NCBI GenBank assembly: GCA_045803545.1
Contig: JBJMOW010000004.1
Span: 480,001 to 544,000 of the forward strand
Reading direction: 5' to 3'
Length of the DNA stretch: 64,000 nucleotides
DNA from: Gemmatimonadaceae bacterium
GTDB taxonomy: Bacteria > Gemmatimonadota > Gemmatimonadetes > Gemmatimonadales > Gemmatimonadaceae
Shown: positions 19,282 to 29,900 of the stretch, one piece after another
How the letters are laid out: each line of letters begins with the position of its first letter
Position numbering within the stretch: the stretch's first letter is position 1
The notes under the pieces: generated by a model
Database searches by the model: none
What the model saw: the letters and a program-made list of their open reading frames with translations, nothing else
Told to the model about the DNA's origin: nothing
Position numbers and translations under genes: made by a program

Positions 19282-20223
19282 TTATTCGAGTCCGTCGGCA
19301 AAACCGATCCGCCAGCTTGGATAAATCGGCGCCCAATTGAGCTCGCGTTTCGCTTTCGCGTTCGAACAACCGCGAATCTGGGTCATCATCGAGACGCCGG
19401 CTTTGCCGGTCATCAGCTCGCCGAGCCAATGCGGAATCTTGTATGGCGGGCCGGCGCCGACTTCCTTCGCCAGCACCGGCAGCCAGGTCGCGACCTTCGC
19501 TGGCTCATCATCGACGACGTTGTAAACGCCCGCTGGTCCGCGCGAGATGGCCGCGATGGTTGCTCGCGCCGCGTCCATGACATGGATGAACGACCAGATC
19601 CCGCCACCGCCGCCGATAATCGGAAGGCGGCGCTTCTTGATCATCTTCACGACCACGCCTCCCTTTCCAATCGCGGTGCCCGGTCCGTAGAAATTTCCGT
19701 AGCGGAGGGTAATGCCCTCGAGAAATGTGGTGCTGCGCATCTTGTCCTCGAGGGAGCGAATTGCCGCGAGTGTCTTGCTAAAACTTTCCGGCGGTTTCGG
19801 ATCGAGCGGATCTTCCTCGGTCTTTACCGGGCCACCTTTTTTCGCATACGGCCATCCGCAGTAGCTCTGCGCGATGAATCGACGCGTACCGATAGTGCGT
19901 GCCGCGGCAAGCAGCGTATCCGTCACTTCGGTGCGAAAGCGGTTGGTGAGCACGAATTCCTGATCGAGCTTTCGAAAATTCCCGGCGGAGCTCAGCGCGG
20001 TCAGCTGATGAATGATGACTTCTGCCTCAGCGCGACGCACGGCCGCAGTGAGCGCCTGCTTGTCGAAAGGATCGGCGATGACGGGGGTGACGCCGATGTC
20101 GTCGAGCTTGCCCGCCTTGGCCGACGATCGAGTGAGCGCGACCACCTCGTGTTTGTTTTCAACCAGCAGCGGCAGCAGGAATTGTCCGATCGCGCCGGTG
20201 CCGCCGGTTACAAATACTTTCAT
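19282..20223 (-). CDS. NAD-dependent epimerase/dehydratase family oxidoreductase
   Basis: TGGTGAIG, LRYGNFYGPG, SFIHVMDAA, YNVVDDEP. Confidence 0.88.
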   Translation of the reverse strand: MKVFVTGGTGAIGQFLLPLLVENKHEVVALTRSSAKAGKLDDIGVTPVIADPFDKQALTAAVRRAEAEVIIHQLTALSSAGNFRKLDQEFVLTNRFRTEVTDTLLAAARTIGTRRFIAQSYCGWPYAKKGGPVKTEEDPLDPKPPESFSKTLAAIRSLEDKMRSTTFLEGITLRYGNFYGPGTAIGKGGVVVKMIKKRRLPIIGGGGGIWSFIHVMDAARATIAAISRGPAGVYNVVDDEPAKVATWLPVLAKEVGAGPPYKIPHWLGELMTGKAGVSMMTQIRGCSNAKAKRELNWAPIYPSWRIGFADGLE

Positions 20224-20332
20224 TTGGCAGTTGTGCGGATTGACTGATGCGCGGGCGAGAATTACGCCAAATCATCGCATCTCGGCTACTGCCAATCTAA
20301 CCGTGTCGGGTGTCGGACAGTATTTCGCCCGC

Positions 20333-20779
20333 TTAACGGGCGAAGAACTCGCCAGTCGCGGACAAGTCCCGATGGCGTGAGGTGTAAAACCTCCCGCCGA
20401 TCCAGGCCGCCGGCAGCGCCAGCACTATCAGCGCGATCGGATACCAGTGCGGACCGAATTGAGCTCCGCGATTCCAGGTGATCACCGCGCCGATTAATGA
20501 GGCCGCAAGATTGAGCCAACCAAGAAACATCGCGTGCCACATCGGTCGATTCGGCGCCAGTCGCGCGGCGACGTAGCTGCCGAGCACACTGTAGACGAAC
20601 CGATAAAAGGTCGCGACTGCCAAAGCCCCGTTCGAGGCGACTTGATCGTACGGCGGAAAGAAGCCGACTGCATGCAGAATTGCGTCTGTACCGAGCGTCA
20701 GCACCAAACCAACAACCAAACCGCCGACGATTGCGCCGATGGTGCGACCAATACTCCGTTGCGGCTGTGGTGACGTCAT
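20333..20779 (-). CDS. Small four-TM membrane protein of unknown function
   Basis: Four hydrophobic segments; GGAGG upstream of ATG 20779. Confidence 0.75.
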   Translation of the reverse strand: MTSPQPQRSIGRTIGAIVGGLVVGLVLTLGTDAILHAVGFFPPYDQVASNGALAVATFYRFVYSVLGSYVAARLAPNRPMWHAMFLGWLNLAASLIGAVITWNRGAQFGPHWYPIALIVLALPAAWIGGRFYTSRHRDLSATGEFFAR

Positions 20780-20805
20780 GACGTGGCCCTCCACGGTTGC
20801 TCCAA

Positions 20806-21372
20806 TCAGGCTGAGTCCGGTTTTGCCGCCTTGCGCTCCGCAGTCGCACCAAGCCTTTCACGGTCTGCCGCTGCCGGATCGAAACCATCCGCTCGTACAT
20901 CCAGCATCAAGGCGAACGGACTCTCGGGTGCGAATTCGTCACGAATCTTGATCTGCTCGCCTGCTTCCGCAACAGCCAGCTTCTGTTCCACCAGCTCGGC
21001 GAGGTGCGTGAGTGCGGCGAGCGAGCCACGCATGGCGTGGCCGTCGAAGCCAGGGTCTGGATAGGTCATGATCTCGAGCGAGCCATACGGATCGTAGTTC
21101 TGCTTCGATCCGTCCGTCGCGTTCGCAGCGTCATTGACGAAGCCAAGTAGCAGATCCGGGAAGTAGAGCAATCCAGCTCGCGAGCCGGTCAACGTCCACA
21201 GCCGCTTCTCCGCGTCGACCTCGCAGAAGAAGCCGAGCTTCCGCCAGCCCTGCTTGATTTGATCCTCGGTCAGCGCCGAGTGCGATGTCTGGACCGAGTC
21301 GCCTATCTCGCGCTGGCGCAGCAGGTAAATCGCGCCGGCGACCACGAGCAGTGTGCCGAGGAAGTAGAGCAT
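20806..21372 (-). CDS. Hypothetical protein with N-terminal membrane anchor
   Basis: 188-aa ORF co-directional with neighbours; one N-terminal hydrophobic helix. Confidence 0.7.
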   Translation of the reverse strand: MLYFLGTLLVVAGAIYLLRQREIGDSVQTSHSALTEDQIKQGWRKLGFFCEVDAEKRLWTLTGSRAGLLYFPDLLLGFVNDAANATDGSKQNYDPYGSLEIMTYPDPGFDGHAMRGSLAALTHLAELVEQKLAVAEAGEQIKIRDEFAPESPFALMLDVRADGFDPAAADRERLGATAERKAAKPDSA

Positions 21373-21410
21373 ACCCTATTCGACGCCGGGCGGTTGCCCA
21401 GCGCAACCGC

Positions 21411-21456
21411 ATCACATCTCGACGGTTCTCAAAATCACATCTCGACGGTGCTCAAA
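21411..21456. repeat. 23-bp tandem duplication (1 mismatch)
   Basis: ATCACATCTCGACGGTTCTCAAA followed by ATCACATCTCGACGGTGCTCAAA. Confidence 0.9.
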
Positions 21457-21944
21457 AGTGCGTCGTGGGGCCACTGGACCGAAAATCCATTCTGGCGTAG
21501 CACCGTTGCGATCTGACCCCAATGTCGAATGCCGTGCAGGAAAATATTGGACGCCATCTTGTGCTTGCTCGCGGTCACCTCTCCGGCCGTCACAGTCATG
21601 AAGGTCAGCACGCGATCGAGCTCATCGTCCGCCGCCGTCGTCAGAAAATCGACAAGCAGCGCTCGCGCATTGTCGCCAAATGCGAAGACGTCCTCGAGCG
21701 AAGTGTAGATGAGCAGTTCCTGCCAGTCGCTTACGGTTTCGTCACGCAGGCGCTGGGTGTAGCGGAGCTCGACACTGAAGACATGGTTGACGAGCGCCCC
21801 GACGGTGCCCATTGGCGGTGCGGCAAAAGAAACGTCCCAGGCTTTGGGATTGGCCTCGAACCAGTCATGCCAGTGATGCTGTTCCATCGATGTGAATTCG
21901 AGCAGGAAGTCGTAGCTCAAGGCGCAACGATGGATCGCGCTCAT
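21435..21944 (-). CDS. DinB/YfiT-like family protein
   Basis: His triad pattern NHVFSVE...HGIRHWGQI. Confidence 0.82.
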   Translation of the reverse strand: MSAIHRCALSYDFLLEFTSMEQHHWHDWFEANPKAWDVSFAAPPMGTVGALVNHVFSVELRYTQRLRDETVSDWQELLIYTSLEDVFAFGDNARALLVDFLTTAADDELDRVLTFMTVTAGEVTASKHKMASNIFLHGIRHWGQIATVLRQNGFSVQWPHDALLSTVEM

Positions 21945-21954
21945 ACGCGGTTTG

Positions 21955-22410
21955 TCACGCTGTCTGCTTTTCGGCTTCGCGGGCGTAGCGTTTCAGCCGG
22001 CTGATCATCGCGTTCAATCCCGGCTCGCGCGCGGCAAGACCAATGCTTTCCATCAGCGTGCCGACGAAATCGCCGGGGATGCCAACTGTGGTGGCCGCCG
22101 GCTGGCCGTTTACTGCGCCGAACACAATCGCCAGGACGGCGGCAATCGTCGGCGATTCGCGCGTGTTCAGGTCGGCGTAGAAATACATCTTCCCATCGCG
22201 CAACTCGGGAAATATGTCGACGCGCGTCTGGCACTCAGGAATGTTGAACGCCCCACGATCCAGGTTCTTGAACCGTTCGGGCAGAGGCTCGAGCTTCTTC
22301 GAGTATTGCACCAGCGCCTGCATTTTCTCTTCGCGACTCATCGAGCGAAAAAGTCGCAGCACGCGCTCGATCGATGGAGGAATGCCTGTTGTCATGGGAG
22401 CGCTTTCCAT
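21955..22410 (-). CDS. sufE: SufE family sulfur acceptor
   Basis: Conserved Cys in IPECQTRV, plus ESPTI. Confidence 0.8.
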   Translation of the reverse strand: MESAPMTTGIPPSIERVLRLFRSMSREEKMQALVQYSKKLEPLPERFKNLDRGAFNIPECQTRVDIFPELRDGKMYFYADLNTRESPTIAAVLAIVFGAVNGQPAATTVGIPGDFVGTLMESIGLAAREPGLNAMISRLKRYAREAEKQTA

Positions 22411-22464
22411 GTGGGCAATCTAATTAGCTTTCCTCAGAGATCATTCACAGCACGGAGACAGTAA

Positions 22465-22893
22465 ATGCCAACGAGAACGGCAAGCGCCAAATGGGAAGGC
22501 GGACTCAAGAACGGCAAAGGCAGCTTCAAGGGTGAGAGCGGTGCAGTCGCCGGTCAGTTCAATTTCAGCTCGCGCTTCGAGAGTGGAGTCGGCTCGAACC
22601 CCGAAGAGCTGCTCGCGGCGGCGGAGGCCGCTTGCTTCAGCATGGCGCTGAGCGCGGGTCTCGAAAAAAATGGAACTCCGCCGACGAAAGTGGAGACCAC
22701 CGCTTCCTGCACTGTTCAAGCGGTTCCCGGTGGCTTCGGCATCACGACGATGAAACTCAACGTGCAGGCGACGGTGCCCAAGATCGACAAAGTGAAGTTC
22801 GAGCAAATCGCCATGGAGACGAAGGAGGGATGCCCCGTCTCAAAGGCGTTGAAGGGGAACGTCGACATCCAGCTGGAGGCGCGCCTGCTTTGA
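22465..22893 (+). CDS. osmC: OsmC family peroxiredoxin
   Basis: W.G.LK.GKG, SRFE, NPEELLAAA.AACFSMAL and CPVSKAL motifs. Confidence 0.93.
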   Translation: MPTRTASAKWEGGLKNGKGSFKGESGAVAGQFNFSSRFESGVGSNPEELLAAAEAACFSMALSAGLEKNGTPPTKVETTASCTVQAVPGGFGITTMKLNVQATVPKIDKVKFEQIAMETKEGCPVSKALKGNVDIQLEARLL

Positions 22894-22894
22894 G

Positions 22895-22936
22895 ATTGAG
22901 GCGTTCGGCCCAATAGCCAGGTCCGAACGCCCCAAT
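22895..22936. terminator. Hairpin between convergent osmC and mscS-like genes
   Basis: ATTGAGGCGTTCGG ... CCGAACGCCCCAAT inverted repeat; no long T tract. Confidence 0.5.
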
Positions 22937-22939
22937 GCC

Positions 22940-23533
22940 TTACCGCGAGTAGTTCCGAATCTTCGACTTCAGCAATTCCCCATTGGCGAAGATGATCTGC
23001 TCCCCTGAATCGCTGCGCACGCGGGTGGTCTTCAGCCCGATGTGCTCGACTCTGCCCCGGTAGTTCTCAACTGAAATCTGGTCGCCAACCACGAAGGGCT
23101 TGTCCGTCACAATCGCGATAGCGGCGAACAAGTCGCCAAGAATGTTCTGAACTGCCAACGCCACCGCCAAGCCGCCGATTCCAAGACCGGTCAGCAGCGG
23201 CTTGATCTCGACGCCCACCTTCGACAGCGCATAGACGCCGAGGATTATCCAGACGGCCAGTCGCGCTACAACTCCCACCGCTTTGAAGCTCGTGATGTTG
23301 CTGCCGTCCGTCGCGTGCAACGCTACGAACCGCTGGATGTAGTAATTGACGATGATGTTGGTCCAGATCACGCCTTGTGTGAAGAGCGCGATGATGGTCG
23401 CGATGTTCGCCTTGTCCTGAGTCGCTTCCGAAAGCCCGAGCAGCTTTGGAGTGTATGAGGCGACGAGGGCGATGAAGAGAAACAGCGAGCCCCGGAGAAT
23501 TTTGACAGCTAGTGTGTTTTTCATGTCCGTCAT
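22940..23533 (-). CDS. MscS-family mechanosensitive channel, C-terminally short
   Basis: GLGIGGLAVALAVQNILGDLF, DKPFVVGD and IGLKTTRVR motifs; ends at KIRNYSR. Confidence 0.8.
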   Translation of the reverse strand: MTDMKNTLAVKILRGSLFLFIALVASYTPKLLGLSEATQDKANIATIIALFTQGVIWTNIIVNYYIQRFVALHATDGSNITSFKAVGVVARLAVWIILGVYALSKVGVEIKPLLTGLGIGGLAVALAVQNILGDLFAAIAIVTDKPFVVGDQISVENYRGRVEHIGLKTTRVRSDSGEQIIFANGELLKSKIRNYSR

Positions 23534-23569
23534 TGCTAAGTACAGACGGACACAGGCACCCAACTGCAA

Positions 23570-25081
23570 CTAGCTGGCGGCTAACTCAACTCCTTCTGAT
23601 TTGCGCTCTTTGGCCAGCATCTCGGTTTCGTCCATCGAGTCGCAGGCGTCGCAGTTTCTGCAGCGCCATTCGGTCTCGACCTCCTCGCCGAAGTGCTCGA
23701 GGATGTAGCGGGTGCGGCACTGGGTGGTCTGACAGAACTGGATCATCGTGCGGAGCTTTTCCTGATCCATTGCCCGTCGCTCCTCATAATCCTGCAGGTC
23801 GGCGCTCAGATCGACCGCGCAAAGATTGTCGCCGAGCCTCTCCCATTTGCCGCCGCGGTGCTCTCGCACCAGGCCGTGCCGCTTGAGCAACGCGAACACG
23901 ATCTTCGCTTTGCGCGAGGGAATTCCGGTGAGCTCGACGATGTCCTCGAGCAACACCGGGGTCTTGAGAGGATACTTCTCGAGGGCAAGCGCTACCTGCG
24001 CTGCCTCCTGAACTTCCGGGTACTTGCCGCCGAGGAAATAGGATTGAATGCGCTTGTCCTCAACCCGATATAGAACGCGACAGATCGCCGACTCCCCATC
24101 CCGCCCCGCTCGACCGGCTTCCTGATAGTAGGCTTCGATCGACCCCGGGAAATGGTAGTGCATCACCCAGCGCAAATCCTGCTTGTCGATGCCTAGCCCG
24201 AACGCATTCGTAGCGATGATCGCTTTGAGCTCGCCAGCCATGAACCGATCCTGAACATCCTTGCGATCGGCCGCCGGTCTCTTGCCATGATAGAGTCCGA
24301 CGCTGAAATCTTCCTTCAACATGTCATGCAGTCGCTCCGACTCCTTGACCGTCGCGACATATACAACGCCGGATCCATCGAACTCACGCAGCGCGTTACG
24401 CAGAACCGTGTCCTTGATCTGATCATTGACGGTGCGTACGACCTCGAACCGCAGGTTAGGTCTGGCGAATCCGGTGATGGTGATATGCGGGTCGTCCATT
24501 CCCAACTGTCGAATGATGTCGCCCTGCACGTGCTCGGTAGCGGTCGCTGTGAGGGCGAGAATCGGAGGACGGCCGAGTCGTTTGGCGATGGCGCCGAGTG
24601 AGAGGTAGTCGGGGCGGAAATCATGACCCCACTGGCTGACACAGTGGGCTTCGTCGACAACGAAAAGGCTGATTGGGCGGGAGATCAGGTGCTCGAAAAA
24701 CGCGCGATCTTTAAAACGTTCTGGAGTCAGGTAAAGGATCTCGCCCATTCCTTCAGCGATAAGTCGATGCGCCTCGCGGGCCTCTGATGTCGACAAGTGG
24801 GAGTGCATTGCCACCGAGCTGACGCCCTGCGCCGAGAGCTTGTCGTGCTGGTCCTTCATCAAGGCGATCAGCGGGCTCACTACTATGGTGAGTCCGGGGA
24901 GAAGGAGCGCGGGCAACTGGTAAATCATCGACTTGCCGCTGCCGGTCGGCATGACTACCAGTGCATCTTTGCCGGAAAGCACCGCATTCAGCGGTTCCCA
25001 CTGTCCAGGCCGGAAATCGGCGTGGCCAAAGCGTTCCTTGAGCAGCTGTCGGGCTGACTCTTTGGTTACTCGTTTTGACAC
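23570..25081 (-). CDS. RecQ-family ATP-dependent DNA helicase
   Basis: MPTGSGKS, VDEAHCVSQWGHDFRPDY, YYQEAGRAGRDG and zinc motif CRTR...CRNCDAC. Start taken at GTG 25081. Confidence 0.92.
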   Translation of the reverse strand: MSKRVTKESARQLLKERFGHADFRPGQWEPLNAVLSGKDALVVMPTGSGKSMIYQLPALLLPGLTIVVSPLIALMKDQHDKLSAQGVSSVAMHSHLSTSEAREAHRLIAEGMGEILYLTPERFKDRAFFEHLISRPISLFVVDEAHCVSQWGHDFRPDYLSLGAIAKRLGRPPILALTATATEHVQGDIIRQLGMDDPHITITGFARPNLRFEVVRTVNDQIKDTVLRNALREFDGSGVVYVATVKESERLHDMLKEDFSVGLYHGKRPAADRKDVQDRFMAGELKAIIATNAFGLGIDKQDLRWVMHYHFPGSIEAYYQEAGRAGRDGESAICRVLYRVEDKRIQSYFLGGKYPEVQEAAQVALALEKYPLKTPVLLEDIVELTGIPSRKAKIVFALLKRHGLVREHRGGKWERLGDNLCAVDLSADLQDYEERRAMDQEKLRTMIQFCQTTQCRTRYILEHFGEEVETEWRCRNCDACDSMDETEMLAKERKSEGVELAAS

Positions 25082-25112
25082 TCTGCCGGATACAGGCACA
25101 AAGTATTCCTTG

Positions 25113-26300
25113 ATGGAGATCTTCGTCGTCACCGCGCCCGGCCTCGAATCAATCGCGGCCGGCGAGGCCAAAGCCCTCAGCGCTCGGGGGAGTCAGGAGC
25201 CGGGCGGCGTCTCGTTCAGCGGCGATCTGCGGCTGCTCTATCTCGCGAACTTACATCTTCGTACCCCGAGCCGCGTCATTGTTCGACTTGGGCGCTTCCA
25301 CGCCAGCACCTTCTACGAGCTGGAGCGACGGGCGAAGAAGATTCCGTGGCAGAATTTCCTGCCTGCCAACGCCACGGTGGATTTGCGGGTCACCTGTCAC
25401 AAATCGCGCCTTTACCACTCTGACGCGGTAGCGGAACGAATTCTATCGGCGATGTCGGCTGGGAGTGGTGAGATTCGCGTGACTGCGGTGGGTAGCGAAG
25501 GCGACGACGATGCAGAAGGTGGAGCGATCAAAGCCGACGCGAACGCCCAACTCTTTGTCGTGCGGATCGTGGACGACGAGTGCGAGATCAGTGCGGACAG
25601 CTCGGGCGCCCTCCTGCATCGGCGAGGGTATCGACAGGAGGTGGCGAAGGCGCCGTTACGCGAGACGCTGGCGGCGGCAATGATTCTCGCGAGTGGTTGG
25701 CGCGTGAGCGACCTGCTGCTCGACCCGATGTGCGGCTCCGGCACCATTCCAATCGAAGCAGCAATGATTGCTCGGCGAATTGCGCCGGGACTGCGGCGGG
25801 ATTTTCAATTCATGCGCTGGCCAAGCTTCGACGCCGGTCTATGGAAGGAGCTCGTCATACGATCGGAGGGCGAGATCAGGAATTCGGAGGCGACGATTCG
25901 GGCAGCTGACCGTGATGCCGGTGCGATCGCAGCGGCGATACGCAACGCCGAGAGGGCTGGCGTGTCGTCAGATATCGAGTTCGCTACCCAACCGCTCAGC
26001 GCTTCGCTGGACACAATCACGGATAATGACCAGGGTCCCGGGTGGATACTTACCAATCCACCGTATGGGATCCGAGTCGGCGAGACCGGTGATCTGCGGA
26101 ATCTTTATGCGGGGCTCGGGTCCGTCACCAAAGAAAGCGGCTGGCGAGTCGGGCTGCTCACCGACGATCCACGTCTGGCTCGGCATGCTGGCGTTCCCTT
26201 GCGTTCCCGCTTCGAAACGCGAAATGGTGGAATCCCAGTGAGCTTCATGGCGAGTGAAAAGGCTGGAAACGTGACGACCAGTCGATCAGATTCCACGTGA
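25113..26300 (+). CDS. THUMP-domain class I SAM-dependent RNA methyltransferase (RlmL-like)
   Basis: TAPGLE, LHRRGYR, APLRETLAA, DPMCGSGTIPIEAA and NPPYG motifs; start at ATG 25113. Confidence 0.9.
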   Translation: MEIFVVTAPGLESIAAGEAKALSARGSQEPGGVSFSGDLRLLYLANLHLRTPSRVIVRLGRFHASTFYELERRAKKIPWQNFLPANATVDLRVTCHKSRLYHSDAVAERILSAMSAGSGEIRVTAVGSEGDDDAEGGAIKADANAQLFVVRIVDDECEISADSSGALLHRRGYRQEVAKAPLRETLAAAMILASGWRVSDLLLDPMCGSGTIPIEAAMIARRIAPGLRRDFQFMRWPSFDAGLWKELVIRSEGEIRNSEATIRAADRDAGAIAAAIRNAERAGVSSDIEFATQPLSASLDTITDNDQGPGWILTNPPYGIRVGETGDLRNLYAGLGSVTKESGWRVGLLTDDPRLARHAGVPLRSRFETRNGGIPVSFMASEKAGNVTTSRSDST

Positions 26301-26830
26301 TGAGCGCACCATCCCCGGCCGCCCACGCCACATCGGCCAGACCGTTAGACACGGGTCGAACAGGAACGATCAGCTCAATTAATCTCTCGCGCGGCGGCGT
26401 TCCCAAGAAGTCTGCTACTGACGCCCAAGTGGCGCGTTCAGGGCTCATTGGTGATGCGCACGATGAGACAATTCACCACGGTGGTCCGGAAAGGGCGATC
26501 TGCATTTATCCGCTGGAGTTGATCGGAAAGCTGCAACGCGAAGGGCATCCGATCGACGTCGGCACCACCGGTGAGAACCTCACCGTGGAAGGAATTGACT
26601 GGGATTTGGTCGTGCCCGGCGCGCGCATTAGGTGTGGGCAGGAGGTCGAGCTCGAGGTTGTCTCCTTTACGAGCCCCTGTAAGACCATCAAAGCCTCGTT
26701 CATCGACGGCCATTTCAAGCGGATTTCACAAAAAGTTAACCCGGGATGGAGCCGGGTTTATGCCCGGGTGCTCATTGAGGGGAAAATCCGCCGTGGCGAC
26801 CGGGTCCAAGTGATTCCCCCGGGCTTCTAA
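26300..26830 (+). CDS. MOSC domain protein (YiiM-like)
   Basis: GGVPK, HGGPERA, GENLT, SPCKTI, YARVLIEG. Confidence 0.88.
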   Translation: MSAPSPAAHATSARPLDTGRTGTISSINLSRGGVPKKSATDAQVARSGLIGDAHDETIHHGGPERAICIYPLELIGKLQREGHPIDVGTTGENLTVEGIDWDLVVPGARIRCGQEVELEVVSFTSPCKTIKASFIDGHFKRISQKVNPGWSRVYARVLIEGKIRRGDRVQVIPPGF

Positions 26831-26955
26831 ACCAACAGCTGCGTCCATCTCAGCAACGGCCCCGCTTTTGAACAATAGAACAGACCCTCCATCGCCGGAT
26901 TGAGCCGGCGGTTAACTAGGGTCCCCGTAAACGGGGAAGCAGACAAATAAAGGAG

Positions 26956-29900
26956 TTGGTCGTGGAGATAGGCGACACCATCGATTTGGAAGAACAGGGC
27001 GAAGAATCGGCCCGATCTTCCCCTAACCGGGCGTCGTCCCGCCGCAAAAACGGAAACGGACGGAACGGCAGGGGACGCCACGGAAAGCGAAACGGAAACG
27101 GCGACGGCAACGGTGCCGGCACTGCGCGCAAAGGTTCGGAGCGCGAAATCGGCCTGGCCACGCCAGGTGGAAATGTCAGAGACCTCGATCTGCGTCGGTT
27201 GCTGAGCGCAATGCGGGATATGAGAGATGGTGATTTCGAGGTCCGTCTCGCCTCCTCCGAAGAACCGTTGATTGCGGAGATCGCCGATGTATTCAACGGC
27301 ATCGCCAAGATGAACGAGCGGCTCTGCCACGAGATGAGTCGCGTCAGCACCACGATTGGCCGCGAAGGACAGATGAACGATCGCGCGTCCATCGGACCCG
27401 TAACAGGCGGTTGGCGCACGACTGTCGATTCAGTCAACACCCTCATCACCGATCTGGCTTCGCCCACGACCGAAGTAGCTCGCGTGTTGAGCGCTGTCGC
27501 AGAAGGAGATTTGAGCCGCAAGATGGTTCTGGAGATCGATGGCAAGCCGGTGCAGGGAGAGTTTCTCCGCATCGGTACGACCGTGAACACCCTCGTCGAT
27601 CAGCTCGGCTCGTTTGCGAACGAAGTGACTCGCGTCGCCCGCGAAGTGGGTACCGAGGGCAAGCTTGGCGGACAGGCTGAAGTCCCGGGCGTCGCCGGAA
27701 CGTGGAAGGATCTGACGGACAACGTAAATACTCTGGCCGGCAATCTGACGAGCCAGGTGCGCAACATTGCAGCAGTCACCACCGCAGTCGCGAAAGGAGA
27801 CCTGTCACAGAAGATCACCGTAGAAGCGAAGGGCGAAACGCAGGCGCTCAAAAACACCATCAACACGATGGTCGATCAGCTCAGCGCGTTTGCTTCTGAA
27901 GTAACCCGTGTAGCGCGCGAAGTCGGCACCGAAGGAAAACTCGGTGGTCAGGCGCAGGTGCCAGGTGTAGCCGGCACCTGGAAGGATCTGACTGACAATG
28001 TGAACGCAATGGCGTCCAACCTTACTGGGCAGATCAGAAACATCGCCGACGTTACGACGGCAGTGGCAAAGGGAGATTTGTCGAGAAAGATCACCGTTGA
28101 CGTCAAGGGCGAGATCCTCGAGCTGAAAAACACCGTGAACACGATGGTGGATCAGCTGAGCGCTTTTGCATCTGAGGTGACCCGCGTCGCGAAAGAAGTC
28201 GGTACCGAAGGGCGACTCGGCGGCCAGGCGGAAGTGCCCGGAGTCGCCGGAACGTGGAAGGATTTGACCGACAACGTGAACGCCATGGCGTCGTCGCTTA
28301 CCGGTCAGATCAGAAACATCGCCGATGTGACGACCGCGGTTGCTCGTGGAGATCTGTCGCGCAAGATCACCGCAGATGCAAAGGGAGAAATTCTCGAGCT
28401 GAAGAACACCATGAACATCATGGTGGATCAGCTAAGCTCGTTCGCATCCGAAGTGACTCGTGTCGCACGCGAGGTGGGCACCGAAGGCAAACTCGGTGGC
28501 CAGGCAGAAGTGCCAGGAGTCGGCGGAACGTGGAAGGACCTTACCGACAACGTCAACACCCTTGCTGGCAATCTTACCAGCCAGGTTCGTAACATCGCCG
28601 CGGTGACTACAGCAGTCGCTCGCGGCGATTTGTCTCAGAAGATCACTGCCGACGCGCGCGGCGAAATTCTCGAGCTGAAGAACACCGTCAACACGATGGT
28701 CGATCAGCTCAGCACCTTCGCATCGGAAGTAACTCGCGTCGCGAAAGAAGTCGGCACCGAAGGAAAGTTGGGTGGGCAAGGAGACGTTCCGGGAGTCGGT
28801 GGTACATGGAAGGATCTCACCGACAACGTGAACGCAATGGCGTCGTCGCTGACCGGCCAGATCAGAAACATCGCCGACGTCACGACGGCGGTAGCTCGCG
28901 GCGACCTGTCGAGGAAAATCACTGCCGAAGCGAAGGGTGAGATCCTCGAGCTGAAGCAGACGATCAACACGATGGTGGATCAGCTGAGTGCATTCGCTTC
29001 CGAAGTAACTCGTGTCGCAAAGGAAGTCGGTACCGAAGGCCGACTGGGCGGACAGGCGGAAGTACCGGGCGTCGCCGGAACGTGGAAGGACCTGACGGAC
29101 AACGTGAACTTCATGGCGTCCAACCTCACGGGTCAGGTGCGTAACATCGCCGACGTGACGACGGCAGTCGCGCGTGGCGATCTGTCCCGCAAGATCACCG
29201 TCGATGTGAAGGGCGAAATTCTCGAGCTGAAGAACACCGTCAACACGATGGTGGATCAGCTCAGCTCCTTCGCATCGGAAGTAACGCGTGTCGCACGCGA
29301 GGTGGGAACCGACGGCAAGCTTGGCGGTCAGGCGAACGTGCCGGGTGTTGGCGGTACGTGGAAGGATTTAACCGACAACGTGAACACTCTCGCCGGAAAT
29401 CTTACCGGCCAGGTTCGTAACATCGCGGCGGTAACGACAGCAGTCGCGCGGGGCGACCTGTCACAGAAGATCACGGTCGAAGCGCGCGGAGAAACGGCGG
29501 AGCTCAAAGACACCATCAACACGATGGTCGATCAGCTGAGTGCGTTCGCTTCCGAAGTAACGCGTGTCGCCAAGGAAGTAGGAACCGAAGGAAAGCTCGG
29601 TGGTCAGGCGAGTGTACCGGGCGTTGCCGGAACGTGGAAGGATCTCACTGACAACGTGAATGCGATGGCTTCGAACCTGACTGGTCAGATTCGTAACATT
29701 GCCGACGTGACGACGGCAGTCGCCAAGGGCGATCTGTCACGCAAGATCACCGTCGACGTCAAAGGAGAGATTCTCGAGCTGAAGCAAACGATCAACACCA
29801 TGGTCGACAGCTTGAGCGTCTTCGCGGGTGAAGTGACTCGAGTTGCGCGCGAGGTAGGAACGGAAGGGCGCCTCGGTGGTCAGGCCAACGTGCCCGGAGT

